Source: Phoronis australis
Taxonomy: Eukaryota; Animalia; Phoronida
Direction: 5' to 3'
Length of the DNA stretch: 64,000 nucleotides
Assembly: GCA_002633005.1 (NCBI GenBank)
Contig: NMRA01000178.1
Location: forward strand, 596,062 to 660,061
Position 1 is the stretch's first letter. Every line of letters starts with the position of its first letter. The notes under the pieces are model-generated. The model was not told the DNA's origin, ran no database searches, and saw only the letters and a program-made list of their open reading frames with translations. The position numbers and the translations under genes are program-made. This document shows, in pieces, positions 1-34,212 of the stretch.

Positions 1-2186
1 ATGAAGCTTGGCTTAAACAGTAATGGTGAGTTTTGCCATGGAATTTACACTGGCCATTGTATTTCTTCTGGCAATAGCCATTTTAAGTGGTCATTGTATA
101 TCTCTCCTATGGCAATAGACAATTTCTGATCCTATAGGTGATTAAATTTACCTTGCCACTAGATGACAACAGAGTAGTTGGTTGACAGCTCATGGGATAT
201 TTTCCTGCATTTTTAGAAATTCTAAATTGTACCCATCAAGCTGTCAAATTGCCGCTGTTTGTGGTTGGAAAGTCAAATGATTCACTTAGAAATCCAATGT
301 CAATATGTTAATGAATGCAAGAAATTGTCCCTGCCTATTAGAAATTATGTTGAGAGACTTATGTGCTCTCATAACGCGAGAGAGTTGTATAATGGTTCTG
401 TGCTCTATGACTTAAATTTATTGTTGCATTTATATTCAGCTCACTGGCAGACTTTCAACAGTAATCCCTGCACATGTTGCACACATTACTTCCTGTATGT
501 GCCTTCCTTTGGACAGCTTTCTGTAAACAGTGGCCATATTTGAGGCAGCCCTTGTCAGAAATGCCCCTACTTCAGGCAGCTGCCTACTTCAGTCCCAAGG
601 AGATGTCGTATCTCTCAGGCGTTGGGTGTGGCTGTTGAGGAGTGGCACCAGGGCATGTTGCCATGGTGATATTCACTTGGGTTTGGTGACCACAACAACT
701 CAAGTGTCATCCCATGTACTTCAACTTTTGGAGAAATTGGGAGAAAGGAATCTTACTGCGTTGTTATGATAGTTTGATAGTGTTTGTGAGGTGGATCCAG
801 AATCATGAGGGGAGCCTGACAATGGTTGATGCAGGATCTTCATGTTATCTCCATCCACAGCAGTAATACATAAGTAGCAGAAAAGGAACAACTGAACCTT
901 TTGCACTCTGAATCCGCTCTCAGGCATTTAGTGTCATGGTTGCTGCTGCAAAAATAGGGTGTCCCATTATGAATCAATTTTCAAAAGGGGCCATAATCAG
1001 ATTTTAAACAAGCAAGAAGTGTTGTTGAGATGTGGATCATATAGTGGTACAATAACACGATTACTGATAACAATCCCACTGGCCTGCTGTGATGACCACA
1101 GAGATAAGAGAGTAACTTGTATCTTTTTAACTTGTAAGAAAAGACCAAGATGCTGGTATGTGTTTATAAGCTCAGTGATTCTGAGGTATAAACCTTGGAC
1201 CTCACATAGCGACCCTGTAATGCAGTCTACCAGCGGTATCTAATTTGGTACCATTACAAAATTTTATTAACATGATAAATTGAGCTTCGAAGCATGTTGA
1301 CAGGATTCCATTACACCTCTTTGTTCCGTATATGGTATTGAAAAATTTAATTTTAGGCCAGACATGTTACAATTGATTTAGCGCATGACCTGGGGCAACG
1401 ACAAATTTTTCAAATAGCTTAACTGTTGAGTTTTTAGTTGATCTGTTGTCAGTCACTTTGTTCAAGTGTTGTGCTATCAACTGGTTAAGTACTACTCTCC
1501 TGGAACTGGAAATATTTGGTAATATCATACACTCCTTCTCTGGACATCCCAGTTCGTTGTGCCAGTGTAATACTCATCTTATGGTCGTGACCTTTAAAAC
1601 AAAGTTGGACTGCCATTTTCTCTGGTTTTTAGAACTGATTATATGTTCATTCTGAAAAGGTTGCAGTATGCCACTGAGAATCAAGAGTGGTGATTTATTT
1701 CCATGATGTCTAAAAGAACAGTGAAAGAAGGTCTCTTTGTTTCAAAGTGTGACTGGTACTATACTGAATTAATTAACATTAACTCATGAGTACGGAACAA
1801 AGAACTTAATTGGCGACTCTACACTCAGTTCAATACAAAATTAAATCCAAGTACTATTGTGAAATGAGTATGAAACTGATTCAGTCAAATTGGAGAACGA
1901 AGAAACAGATCAGAATTGTTTGTCTCGATAATAAGAGGATTCACTGATTGAGAAAGATGTGTTATCTAAATTGAAGACGGGCTAATCTAAGGTGGTGTTG
2001 AAACGGCATCGAAAATTTTATTGAGCTTAGATATCAAAAGTGTTGGAGTAAACAAGGAAAAGTTTAGACTTTGTTCAAGGTTGAACACTCATAAGTCACC
2101 CAAAAGGGGGCAGTGTACGTAGGAGGACAAAAGGAAATAAGCAATTTGGTTACAAAAATTTCATTTCATTTAGCACAGGACTACTT

Positions 2187-2627
2187 GTACATACTTCAAT
2201 ACTTCAAATTTAAACAATTTAGCCTGCATAAGGCTTTCGGAGCGCCATCTTGTGATAAGTTAATGACTCATACATCACTTTTCGGTGGTAACCTCATTGT
2301 TCGTTTACAACCGTTTACTACCAAACAGCCTGTCAAACTTGGAGAAAAATTTCAAATAAGGTGACAGTTCAGTTAAGTAGTAGCTACTGACATGAGAACA
2401 AGGATACAGCTTGGCCCTTGGTGTTCTGTAAGTAGTTTTTAATGACAGCAGTTTGTCTGGTATTAGGGTTACATTACCTTGTCCTTTCACTACATCTGGG
2501 TAACAGGTGTCTGGGATCTTGGACTAGGGATGGCTTTGGGTCCCTCGTGCCATGTAGGTTATCAAAGTTATCGCAAGATGGTGCTTTGAAAACTTGATGC
2601 AAACATAATTTGAAGTACTGTGTATAT
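2187..2627. repeat. Old inverted-repeat pair (MITE-like)
   Basis: tacttcaaatt...gccatcttgtgataagtt versus aagttatcgcaagatggtgc...aatttgaagta. Confidence 0.5.
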
Positions 2628-3536
2628 GATAGAACAATGATTGAAACAAAGTGCTTGTGGTAGAATGGTGAATATTTCGAAAATAATAATGCCACAACAG
2701 TTGCCGTTGTTGACAGCGCCACCTGTTGATTACTGTGACGACGCTGAAGTTAACCTTTCATTGCTCATCAAAGTGTGGAAGCTCTGGTGTTAAATTCACC
2801 ATGTTTACTGTGACGTTAATTTGCGCTCGTAACATCGGTGAGAACTGCTCTTACTGATGGACCCTGCTCAAAACGTTGATGCTTTGTCATTGGCAAGAAA
2901 AGTCGTTCTGAAGTTATCGCATCATTCACTTTAATAAGTCTGTTTTGTTCCCACGGTATTGTTACAGTACTCTTTTCTGGTTCCATGTGACAAGCCATCT
3001 TGTTGTGAGAAGTTGTCAGTTGTGAAAATACCAACCAGAGTGTCTCTTTAATTTGAGAAATACCACAGCTGTGTAAATCCAAATGAAATTTGCTTCTAAT
3101 TTGTGTATTCTGTAATTGTGTATCTTTAGTTCAGGTATGGTGGTCTCCAGGTATCATTGCTCAGTCAGATATTAGCTACACTCTACACTTTGACATTCTT
3201 AACAATTTCCCCTGTGCTGCTCCATCCATTTATTTTGTGTTTTCCAGATTAAAACCATATGTTGTGTTAGAAACGCCTGTGATGTAGAAAGTGCCATACT
3301 TATCTGGGCTAACACTCATGTTTAACCAAACACCACCCCTAACTTTTCTGTTTAAGATTCACTTTGTTCCACATACACGCCCTCAATTTAATTTTATTCT
3401 TCAAATTCCGCTTGACTTTGTGAACCTCCATCTGTGCACAATTTAAGCTCCAAACTTGTGAAACTTGAGTACTGTGACTCACAAACAGCATCTATTGCAT
3501 TAATGCAGATCTGCTATTTGGGTAAATGGCCTTCTT

Positions 3537-3785
3537 CAGGGCTTGGAATTTTCCTCTTTTAAGAGGATTTCCTCTTTTTTTGTTTCGATTTCCTCTTATT
3601 TGATTTCCAGTTTCCTCGTTTTTCGTCTTTTTTATCATTATTTTTCTTTATTCATGCAAAAACGTTTATTTCAGGTAAATTTTACAACAGAAAAACATTA
3701 CTGTCACACAAGCTTATTCATTTGTGGAACGATACATCACCAACAAAATTTATCTCTTTTTTGTCAGTGGTCATTCTAAGCCCTG
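3537..3785. mobile_element. hAT-type MITE (CAGGGCTTGGAAT termini); related copy near 14020-14265
   Basis: TIRs cagggcttggaat / attctaagccctg; interior resembles sequence in Ack-like intron 6. Confidence 0.65.
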
Positions 3786-6485
3786 CATTTTGGATTTTTG
3801 AAAAATTCAACTTTATTTCCAGTCCCTGATTTTTGTTTTTTGTTTTCTCAATTTAAATGCTTCGGATAACTTACTCAGCTGAATACATTGCTATGACTTT
3901 GCTCATCATACTGTGTTGAAGTTAACATGAAACTTTGAAGTTAATTTTTTCCTATATATGTTCATATCTGTGGCTTATTTATTAATGCAAATTCATTCTT
4001 TCCTAAAGTCTGTAATATTTTATCTGTTGTTTGAGGTGCCCTCTAGTGGTCATGTTCATTTACAAGCATGTTCAGTGCAGTTTCATTGAACATAAAATGT
4101 GATAAATTGATCAATCTCACTGCGCACTAATCATAGTGCTAGGGCGTCAGCGAATGACACAAGCCAAGGGAACGGGAGTGATGCGCTAGTTTTTAAGGTC
4201 ACAAAGTATTGATCCACGCTAATTGCTATCATCGCTAAATTAGTAAAAAATAATCCACCGTTTTAACAAAGAAACTGGTGGCTTATACAGGCAGTGGTAT
4301 TGAAGAGTGTTTTGTAGAGCTTGGATTCTGGTGAGCAATTATTCTGCATAAAGAAGACTTTTCAGGTCGCCCTTGTCTTGGTGCCATTGTGTTGTTAACA
4401 GAACATTAAATGAATTCATTTGTGTCTGGATAACTATTATAGAGTCCATGTGTTACCTTGAGCACTATTGTTGATAAAAACGATGACCTAGTTTTGATTT
4501 GAATAATGATGGGATAGGTACTCTTGGTCTAACTCAACACTGATGTTGCAATCCATGGTGTTATTGGGAAATTAGCTGTGGGGAGGGCTTCTAGAAGAGC
4601 GTATTGACTTTTGTCTTTGACTTTCTCGGCGTAAATCAGTCTATGGATGGCTTGGCCTGTTTATGAAAATCTGGCTAAGACTGAAAGTCAGATAATTAAA
4701 TCAGGCTGTTTCATGAACATGACTTAAGGCAGTAATTTGGTGTTAAGTTCACACTTCACAAGTGTTGAAAAAGGTTTAGCCTAGTCATTATTATCGTATC
4801 ACAGTCTAGAAATAATTCTTAGAAATTATTCCAGTAACTTGCGGATACTAGTAAGGAGACCATGCAATTCCACCCTTCTCCAAAAACAAACCCTTGTTAT
4901 CAATTCCAGTATTTTGCATTCCCTGGATGTGTGTTACGTAATGGTGCTACCTCTTGTGAATTTCTTGAGCCTTGGTGCCTGGTGACCTACATAATGTTGT
5001 ATAAAAAAAAATAGCCAGCATTGCTTTACTATACAGAAGGTGAACGGAGATCATCATATATGTCGAAAGCAAAGGAGCGAGGATATGTGTTTGGCATAAA
5101 AATTGGCCGCTCTTGGTGTGCATATTTTGTGCTGTGTCCATGTAACCTGTGTGTTGAAGGCAAGTTTTGTCTGCTCTAACCAATTACAAGCAGTCTTTAC
5201 TTCCACACAACTGTTTGGTTTTCAACCAAGTCATGGTGACCTGTCCCTGCCCAATGGTTGTTTTAATGGCAGCTGTTTTTGCTCAATCAAATGTCTCATT
5301 GCAAGGCAAGACAAGGCAGTTTTAGGGAGTTTACAAACTAAGCTAATTGAAGCCAGTCTAGTTGACAGTACAAAACACCAAAGCCTCTGGTAATGCATAT
5401 TGAAAGCCACTCACACCCCTCGGGTTGTTTATACTAGGATAGTAGAACTGAGGGATTGACAGATGCATGCCCTAAACAGTTCTAAACAGCTCAGAGATTG
5501 TGAACTGTTTAAAGCTCGTTTCTGCTGAAGCCATTTTGAAAAGGTTTATTAAAAATCAGCTGCTCATTTGTTTGGCTATATACCCTGCTCTGGACTACAT
5601 TATGCAGAAAATAAGTTGGTCGGTGATGAGTGTATAATATACACTATAGAGACTTGCACAAGTCATCCAGTTAATGGCTTGGGCAGTTGGACATTTTTGT
5701 TGATTCTGGCTGACAGTAGGATGTTTGAGTGGTTCTCCGATGGCTGTGTCGGATATCATGTGATCATTCTGTAAACCTTGTATATCCACTTGTGGGAATT
5801 CTTACAGATATCATGTTTAAAGCTTACTAAATATGAAAGACACAGAAATCAATATTCATGTTTGTTCTTTTTTTCTACAAACAGCATTGCTGAAAGAATG
5901 TAGAATCCCAAAGGAACTCTGGCACGTGGTAACGACATGCTTGATGATAAAGAGTTCTCACGCTTTTTGATTATCATCAAGCATTTTAATTGAGTGTCTG
6001 TGTTCTGATGTTAAAACTGACTTCTATAATAATTCAGCTTCCATCGGCTTCTTTCTGAAATGAATCGAAATCAATCGAGTAATCTAGCTGAAGTGCCAAC
6101 TTGAAATTGTCCACATTGCATTACTGACCTATTGGTGCCTTCATCAATTCTAAGGGTTTGGCACTTAGGTGCTGATGTGAGTTGAGATAGGAAAGTGTCC
6201 CCTCCTTAAGGTAATTGTTAATGGCAATTTTTTCCAGTGTTTTGATAAAAGGGCCATTGTGTTAGCTATGCTTCAGGAGCCTGTTTGTGAACAGTACAGG
6301 ATGTTTACTAGGGACATTAGCCCAGTTCAATTGATATGTTGACTCTTGTTGTCATTTACAGTTGATTCATTGTGTTATATCAGTAGTGTCCCTGATAACA
6401 CCAGTTTGTTGGTTTGCCGGCAATTTAACCATAACTTCCTATCTTGTTGCTATTTCCAGTAAGAGGTGACCAGAGCGGTGAGACC

Positions 6486-26219
<19,734 letters not shown>

Positions 26220-26415
26220 AGGTCGTGTAGATATTGGTTGTCAGTGTTTTGGTGGCCAGGTGCTTTATAGCGCGATTTCTTTAGAAATTGTAGCATAGTC
26301 GTCACAATGAACTCTAATTTTAACACTGTTATTTAAAGAGCTTAAGTTTACTTTTTCTGTGTAAGGCTTGGTCACGTTTAATTGTACTTCCCTTTTGACT
26401 TTTAACTTATCAGAC

Positions 26416-26612
26416 GGTGACCAATGGTAGGTTGTCTTGTCTTAAGGCTATCACACTAGGGTGACTAATGGCAGATTGTCTTGCTTTAAGGCTATCACAC
26501 TGGGGGTGACCAATGGCAGGTTGTCTTGCTTTAAGGCTATCACACTAGGGTGACAAATGGCAGGTTGTCTTGCTTTAAGGCTATCACACTAGGGTGACCA
26601 ATGGCAGGTTGT
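26416..26612 (+). repeat. ~44-bp minisatellite in the Ack-like 3'UTR, ~4.4 copies
   Basis: Units of ggtgaccaatggcaggttgtcttgctttaaggctatcacactag. Confidence 0.9.
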
Positions 26613-28021
26613 GCCTTGGCTAGTGAGGCCATCCTTGGACTTCTGGTGTGTGAAGAATTGTGTGGCTTCCTTATATTTGTGTGGTGTTGTCACCATATTG
26701 CTGTCGAGTTAGTCTTCCATAATTTCGTCCTTCTTCCTTGCATCAATGCTCTTAAAATCTATCCACTGCTTTGTTTCAACTGTGCCATTTGTGTCGTGCT
26801 GGTGCTGTGAATAGACTTGCGCAGATTTGTGTTTCTGCTCGAGCGTGTCAGTTTTGCCTCAGACTGTCTGTGACTTTTGAGTCTCCGTCACTTCGTCAGG
26901 ATTTAATTAATACCTCATTTGTTCCTTTTTGTCAATGTTAATACCATGCACCCAAGATTTCTAACTGGAGAAGGTCTGGCCATTTGCACATAAAATATGT
27001 CTGCATTGAATCTGAATAGTATATAAGATACAGGGGTGTTCAAACTATGCATTCCACTGGGGACAACATTCTTCTACAGTAATCCTCATCTGCAGTGTTG
27101 TCACAAAATCTTTTCATTAACAATCACTCTTTGTGTTGGAAGGCCTCTCCTGCTAAGACTGAAGTGTTGATGTTTAGAGCACGATACCTGGGTTGCTGTT
27201 ACTGTGCGGTGCTGCCCACTATCCAACTTGTGTCAGATGTGTGTTGATCAGGCCAACCTGAGGGACCTTATATGTGTTTGAATTTCAGGAGATTATAGAG
27301 TCGTTGGTATCCGCTACACATATTGTTATTACTTAATATAATGTACAGTTTATAACATATAGGTACCCAAACCAACTGCTTTTGTGTCACAGAAAAGTAC
27401 ATATTGAGCGCATTAGCGACTATAATGGAAGTCTGATGTGAATTCATTGTACCTGCATGTATTAATAACGCTGACAAAGCATAATACAAATATTTAATTT
27501 ACCATGTTTTCATAAAGTCTTCCTTGGACGCTGCAGTTCCTACAGTGGTGAAGACAAGAGGGGTAATACGGCTTGACCAGAATTCGTGGATCTTCGTCAG
27601 CTTTGGCTTTTTATGAAACATGTTGCTGAGTCAATATTTCGAGGTTCCAGATGTGGTTATAAAAATTTACTCACTGTGTACAACAGTGGGCAAAGGACTA
27701 ACTAACTCGATGCTCGTTTGCCTGATACAAAGGCGCAATTAAGTCCTGAAGTCATAAAGAGATAAAAAGACTGGAAAATTGGGATTAAAACTTGGTCTAT
27801 CTATGTACCACATTCGCTGCAACCATCCGCGACGGTTCTTCACTTCCGGTGGCGGAACATTTTGCGTCACGTGGCCATACTCTAACCTCATAGTATGTAA
27901 GCTGATGGGGAACAATGATAATAACGGCCATACCAGGAGATCGAAAGAAATCTCCATGAGACCTGCAGTCTTGATAACTAACTATTCCCATTTCCTCGTT
28001 ATTTTCGCCGTCTCACGCCCT

Positions 28022-30467
28022 CCCCCCCCTTGTAGTTTTGAATAAGTTGGTATAGAAGACTTCGCGCCAATTGTCTTCATTCCCGATCACTAATGACAGC
28101 TCCTCTTAGCTTCGAAAGCTAGTGTATTTTTAATGTGAGAATACTGTATTTACACATTGCCTCGTTTTATCTTGTTCCGACACCTATCATTTTTGAAAAG
28201 GTTTCCAGTGTAAACTTGCCAAACTAAGAAATGAGAAGTTAACAAAAAAATTACAATTCCAGACCAACACGACATCCCGTCTATGAACAGAGTCTCTCGG
28301 TTGGACGCTAACTGTCACTACTACACATTCTGCTTCGCTGCATGGATGAGGGACAAGAATTTAAAGGGGCAACGAAACTCATTCACAGCCATATTGACTG
28401 GTCTGGATAATAAGCAAACCATTCAACTCGTGATAACTAATCAACCCTCACAAACCAATCTAACTACGAAATATTATGACATTTCGAAGGACTACATGAT
28501 TAGTGAGAAAGTAAAAACTGCACGGCACGGTCCATGTTTTGTAATTAGTGAAGCTAATTCGTCCTATTAAATAAGAAAGGGGCCCACCTTGATTCAAAAC
28601 AATGGCTTCAAATGATGGCGCTGGGGCTTCAAGACCTGATCATGTGTAACTCAATGATACCCTCGTCGCCACTGTCGTGGTATTTGAACAAAATCAACAC
28701 GTTTTCTTTGAAGTTTTACCTCTGGCTTTCTCGATCATTAAGGATCTACACACGGTGACCCGAGAGTGTTTTAAGCTTGGAAAAGTCGACATAGTCACTG
28801 GAACGAATGGTAGCAGTTCAGTAAATCCAGGAAAGAATTAATTTATTGGTATCNNNNNNNNNNNNNNNNNNNNNNNNNNNNNNNNNNNNNNNNNNNNNNN
28901 NNNNNNNNNNNNNNNNNNNNNNNNNNNNNNNNNNNNNNNNNNNNNNNNNNNNNNNNNNNNNNNNNNNNNNNNNNNNNNNNNNNNNNNNNNNNNNNNNNNN
29001 NNNNNNNNNNNNNNNNNNNNNNNNNNNNNNNNNNNNNNNNNNNNNNNNNNNNNNNNNNNNNNNNNNNNNNNNNNNNNNNNNNNNNNNNNNNNNNNNNNNN
29101 NNNNNNNNNNNNNNNNNNNNNNNNNNNNNNNNNNNNNNNNNNNNNNNNNNNNNNNNNNNNNNNNNNNNNNNNNNNNNNNNNNNNNNNNNNNNNNNNNNNN
29201 NNNNNNNNNNNNNNNNNNNNNNNNNNNNNNNNNNNNNNNNNNNNNNNNNNNNNNNNNNNNNNNNNNNNNNNNNNNNNNNNNNNNNNNNNNNNNNNNNNNN
29301 NNNNNNNNNNNNNNNNNNNNNNNNNNNNNNNNNNNNNNNNNNNNNNNNNNNNNNNNNNNNNNNNNNNNNNNNNNNNNNNNNNNNNNNNNNNNNNNNNNNN
29401 NNNNNNNNNNNNNNNNNNNNNNNNNNNNNNNNNNNNNNNNNNNNNNNNNNNNNNNNNNNNNNNNNNNNNNNNNNNNNNNNNNNNNNNNNNNNNNNNNNNN
29501 NNNNNNNNNNNNNNNNNNNNNNNNNNNNNNNNNNNNNNNNNNNNNNNNNNNNNNNNNNNNNNNNNNNNNNNNNNNNNNNNNNNNNNNNNNNNNNNNNNNN
29601 NNNNNNNNNNNNNNNNNNNNNNNNNNNNNNNNNNNNNNNNNNNNNNCCCCCCCCTTGTAGTTTTGAATAAGTTTGTATAGAAGACTTCGCGCCAATTGTC
29701 TTCATTCCCGATCACTAATGACAGCTCCTCTTAGCTTCGAAAGCTAGTGTATTTTTAATATGAGAATACTGTATTTACGCATTGCCTCGTTTTATCTGGT
29801 TCCGACACCTATCATTTTTGAAAAGGTTTCCAGTGTAAACTTGCCAAATTAAGAAATGAGAAGTTAACAAAAAATACAATTCCAGACCAACACAATATCC
29901 CGTCTATGAACAGAGTCTCTCGGTTGGACGCAAACTGTCACTACTGCACATTCTGCTTCGCTGCATGGATGAGGGACAAGAATTTAAAGGGGCAACGAAA
30001 CTCATTCACAGCCTGGTCTGGATAATAAGCAAACCATTCAACTCGTGATAACTAATCAACCCTCAGAAACCAATCTAACTACGAAATATTATGACATTTC
30101 GAAGGACTACATGATTAGTGAGAAAGTAAAAACTGCACTGCACGGTCCATGTTTTGTAATTAGTGACGCTAACTCGTCGTATTAAATAAGAAAGGGGTCC
30201 ACCTTGATTCAAAACCATGGCTTCAAATGATGGCGCTGGGGCTTCAAGACCTGATCATGTGTAACTCAATGATACCCTCGTCGCCACTGACGTGGTATTT
30301 GAACAAAATCAACACGTTTTCTTTGAAGTTTTACCTCTGGCTTTCTCGATCATTAAGGATCTACACACGGTGACCCGAGAGTGTTTTAAGCTTGGAAAAG
30401 TCGACATAGTCACTGGAACGAATGGTAGCAGTTCAGTAAATCAGGGAAAGAATTAATTTATTGGTAT
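28022..30467 (+). repeat. ~830-bp direct duplication flanking an N gap (likely haplotype overlap)
   Basis: 28022-28853 versus 29647-30467 are nearly identical, with SNPs and small indels. Confidence 0.85.
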
Positions 30468-33400
30468 CTTATTGTAAATCATTGTGGTTTTGAATCTTGG
30501 AATAGTATAAACAATGGTACATTCTGTACACGGCACTAGCCATGACTTCTCAGTCATACTGAAATGGGTACGAGCTGGGACCTACATGTAGCTAAAGACA
30601 TCAGCAGGCAGAGTATTAAGTCTCTCCTTCATTGAACAATACAAACTCGCCCCTTTGATATTCTGACAACCTGGATGCTCCCAACCCCCTCCACACACAC
30701 ACANNNNNNNNNNNNNNNNNNNNNNNNNNNNNNNNNNNNNNNNNNNNNNNNNNNNNNNNNNNNNNNNNNNNNNNNNNNNNNNNNNNNNNNNNNNNNNNNN
30801 NNNNNNNNNNNNCAATTCAGTGGCGGATCTACGTTTTCAGTAAGGGGGGGTTTAGGATTCCCGCCAAGGTCGAATCCGAGGCGCGAGGTGCCGAGCGGGG
30901 GGAGGTCGAGAGGTGAAATTTCCATACATCCTGGTAAGTTTCTGCCAGTTAACATATCTCTGGAGTTTTTCTTTAGATAATTTAAAACCCTTCTCAGTTT
31001 CGTCACATGAACTTGGCTCAAAACTTTCGTGAAACCATATTTGTGCACATTTGGGTATGAGTCACGCCACCAGCAAAAATTTTTGTTGGAACATCTGCTT
31101 ACACACACACCTATTTTAGCATACGAAAAGTCGTATACGAAAAAGTGTGGTGTGTATAGGGGTTTAGGCAACTACCAAATATTCAAGAGCGTAAGGAGCA
31201 CCGACGGGGCGTAAAAACTTGAATATCAGATGATCGTGTAACAGCAGCCTCAAGTTGTTCAAGAACGAAAACCGGAGTCCGGAAATAAACATGTATTCTG
31301 TCTCGTTACGAGAAAAACCAGTGAACGATGGTGCTCTCAGCTCAGTCTATATTAAAAGCGACGATGAACAATTAAGTATCACTTCACTTATTAAACTGAA
31401 TCGCGTTGACAACAATTGAAAAACGTCAAATGTATCAGGAAGCAAATCATCTGAAAACAGTTTCACGAAACCAAAACGTTCTGTACACCTTGGTGAAAAG
31501 ATGTACAGGACCAGTTCGCAGAGGGACCAGATGTACACTGAGAGTACACAAAAAGGCTGACCTGGTCCATCACGAGACCAAAAGAACACCTGTGCTTATT
31601 ATCCCTATAAAAATATTCGATCTGCCGCGGGACCAAACACTACTGGCTGAGATAAATAGTTTTAGAAAGCACACTTTACGGTAAAAAACATCACAAGAAT
31701 CTACACAAATCAAACTGGCCTGGTCCGTCGCGAGACCTTAAGTGTACCATGCAAAAAGTTTTGAATTGAAAACTTTTGTTTAGACACTTTTTAATCCCCA
31801 GTGGTTGCTCATTCGTGTATTTTACACATCTGGTGGCCAACTGCTGCGAGAGGTTGTCTAGGAAGGGTTTTCGCACCGTTCAGTAGTACGCACTGGAAGA
31901 AACAAGTGTTGAGAACAAATTTAACAAACGCACTACGTGAAATAGATTTTGGATATGAAGCAGATAGAGCCAAATACAAACCAGAATCAGTTTCTGTGCG
32001 CTCGTAGACCCTCTGCTGTACTGGGAAAATTTGGCGTGTCCAAAAATAATTTCTATTTCGTTTTCATTGTACACAAGCATAAAAAACCGACATTATAATT
32101 TATGCAAACTGTGTAGAATTATTACCTGGGTGTTTCTCCAGGAACGTTAGTCCTATCCTTCTTTTGTTTAGACTGCCGAGGAATCTGTATATCGGATCCA
32201 ATGGTTTGCTCGTCTTGGAACCATTCTATCCAGACATCTTCGATGTTTGTTCCCAACGCCTGCACTTCGTCAACTGCTGTGTCAATGAGCTTGTAAGCCT
32301 CTACAATGTTAACATCTCGTTTCGCAGCTCAGTTGGCATTAAGCGCCCTGAGGTTGCCAAATCCAAACAAAAGACTTACATGCGCAACTAAATTTGATCC
32401 GTTCATCATGGACTACTTCAAACCTTGAAGATGTATCCTAGGACCAATTTGCATCTCTTGCAATTTTCGAAATAAACGTCCCAATGTCTGAACGCTTGAA
32501 ACCCGATGTACTAACATGATAAATGCTCATGGGCATGGACGTTTCATCGGGTGGGCCTTTCTGGGGAAATTCCCCATATAGAAAACGGCAGTGGTGATTA
32601 TTGCAGGTAAAAAGACGGTAGGGCTCCTTTGGAGGCCTATTGAACATTGCACGAGTCCTGCAAGACTTTGTTATGAAAGTACAGCCTCCCCGCAATTTCT
32701 GGTACTGTGCACTGTTCTCGAATGCGGTCACTTTGTCAATATGAGTGCCCCCTTGGTCATTCCTTTTGTATAGACATTACTTGTTAAAGTGCATCTTCAA
32801 ACGGACTCGCGACCAGACCACGGCGTCCGCCACAATAGCAATTCTTAGGAAAACGAGTTTTTTTAAAAACGTTACATGTACATGTACACTGCAGTGGCGT
32901 ATCTACGGGGGGATTCATGGGGTTTAACCCCCCCTTGGGCCAGGACCCAAAAAGAAAAAAAAAAACGTCTCCAGCAAAACAAAAACGGCACCGGTAGCGT
33001 GTGTAAATCTCAAGTAAACCAACTTGGAAAAAAATTGAGGGGAGGGGGTTCACTCTGAAAATATAATTTTTTGCATTGTGAATTGCTGAGTCTTCGTGGC
33101 TCATCGGCAAAACGCGCGGAGATCAATTGTGCGCGCGCTTCCGTCGACACTTCTTAAATAGCCAAGCGTTTTAGATGGATTCACCGCTGAAAGAGCAGCT
33201 CTATAGCTGATTTCTTTAGGTAACTAGCTTCTTTACTCTAAGACATGTTTGGATTTGATTAGGGGAAATACTGTGGTGCCGCAACCCTGATATTCAGGCG
33301 AATTGACGTACAACGTTTTTACCTCATCTGTCATGCCGTGTCATTCTATTACACTCCACACGTTTGTAACTGATGTATAGTAAAGTTGTCTTGCGCAATA

Positions 33401-33938
33401 TCATACAGTGTACATGTACAGGTAATATTTTTGAAAAAAATTCTTTTTTCCGAGGAATTGCCATTGTGGCGGGCGCCGTGGTCTGGTCGCGAGTCCGCTT
33501 GAAGATACACTCTAACAAGTTGTCTATACAAGGAATGACCAAGGGGGCAATCACATTGACAAAGTGACCGCATTCACAAACAGTGTTCAGTACCAGAAAT
33601 TACGGGGAGGCTGTTCTTTCACAACAAAGTCTTGGGGGACTCGTGCGATGTTCAATAGGCCTTCTAAGGAGCCCTAGTTCCGACCTCAACACCTACCGTC
33701 TTTCTACCTGCAATGAGCACACTGCCGTCTTCTATACTGGGAATTTCCGCAGAAAGGCCCACCAGATGAAACGCTCATGCCCATTGGCATTTATTTGATG
33801 TTAGTACTTCGGGTTTCAAGCGTGCAGACAATGGGACGTTTATTTCGAAAATTGCAAGGGATGCAAATAGGCCCTGGGATACATCGTCAAGGTTTGAAGT
33901 ACTCCATGATGAACGGATCAAATTTAGTTGCGCATGTA

Positions 33939-34212
33939 CGGTAAAGTCGCGTGATTTTCGGACACTGAAAATTAATTCCAATAGAAAAAATTCATTCTTG
34001 GACGAATCTCGCGAAATATCATTTTGTGGTGTCCGAATTTGGCGGACCTCCAAATTTGGGTTTCCGCTAGTGTCCGAATTTCGTGGGTGTACATTATTTC
34101 GATGAGCGGTCGTAGTATCAACAATGCTGGCTCGGTCATTTGATAGCAGTATAATTGCAGGTAAATGAGACTCAAATGGTCTGAGCGATTAATTTTTGAA
34201 AATCTGGCTTTC
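33939..34212. mobile_element. TA-inserted DNA transposon end (Tc1/pogo-like) interrupting a hAT copy
   Basis: gcgcatgTA|cggtaaagtcgc where the intact copy reads gcgcatgtaagtc; repeated gtccgaa motifs. Confidence 0.5.

Noticed and set aside
1-6400. Many short ORFs upstream of Ack-like
   Set aside because: No domain signal or consistent splice chain; probably the 5'UTR intron of Ack-like, whose first coding exon begins at an acceptor
26860-27605. Antisense hammerhead-like CTGACGA-stem motifs at ~26885-26900 and ~27570-27600
   Set aside because: The GAAA box is absent and there is no supporting Penelope sequence
28818-29715. Long ORFs of 270-295 aa in the ORF track (also at ~30.7, 34.2-34.6 and 63.1-63.3 kb)
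   Set aside because: They are translations of N gaps (poly-X), not genes
28022-30467. Real tandem segmental duplication or LTR pair
   Set aside because: The copies directly flank a gap, differ at allele level and lack TG..CA ends and TSD
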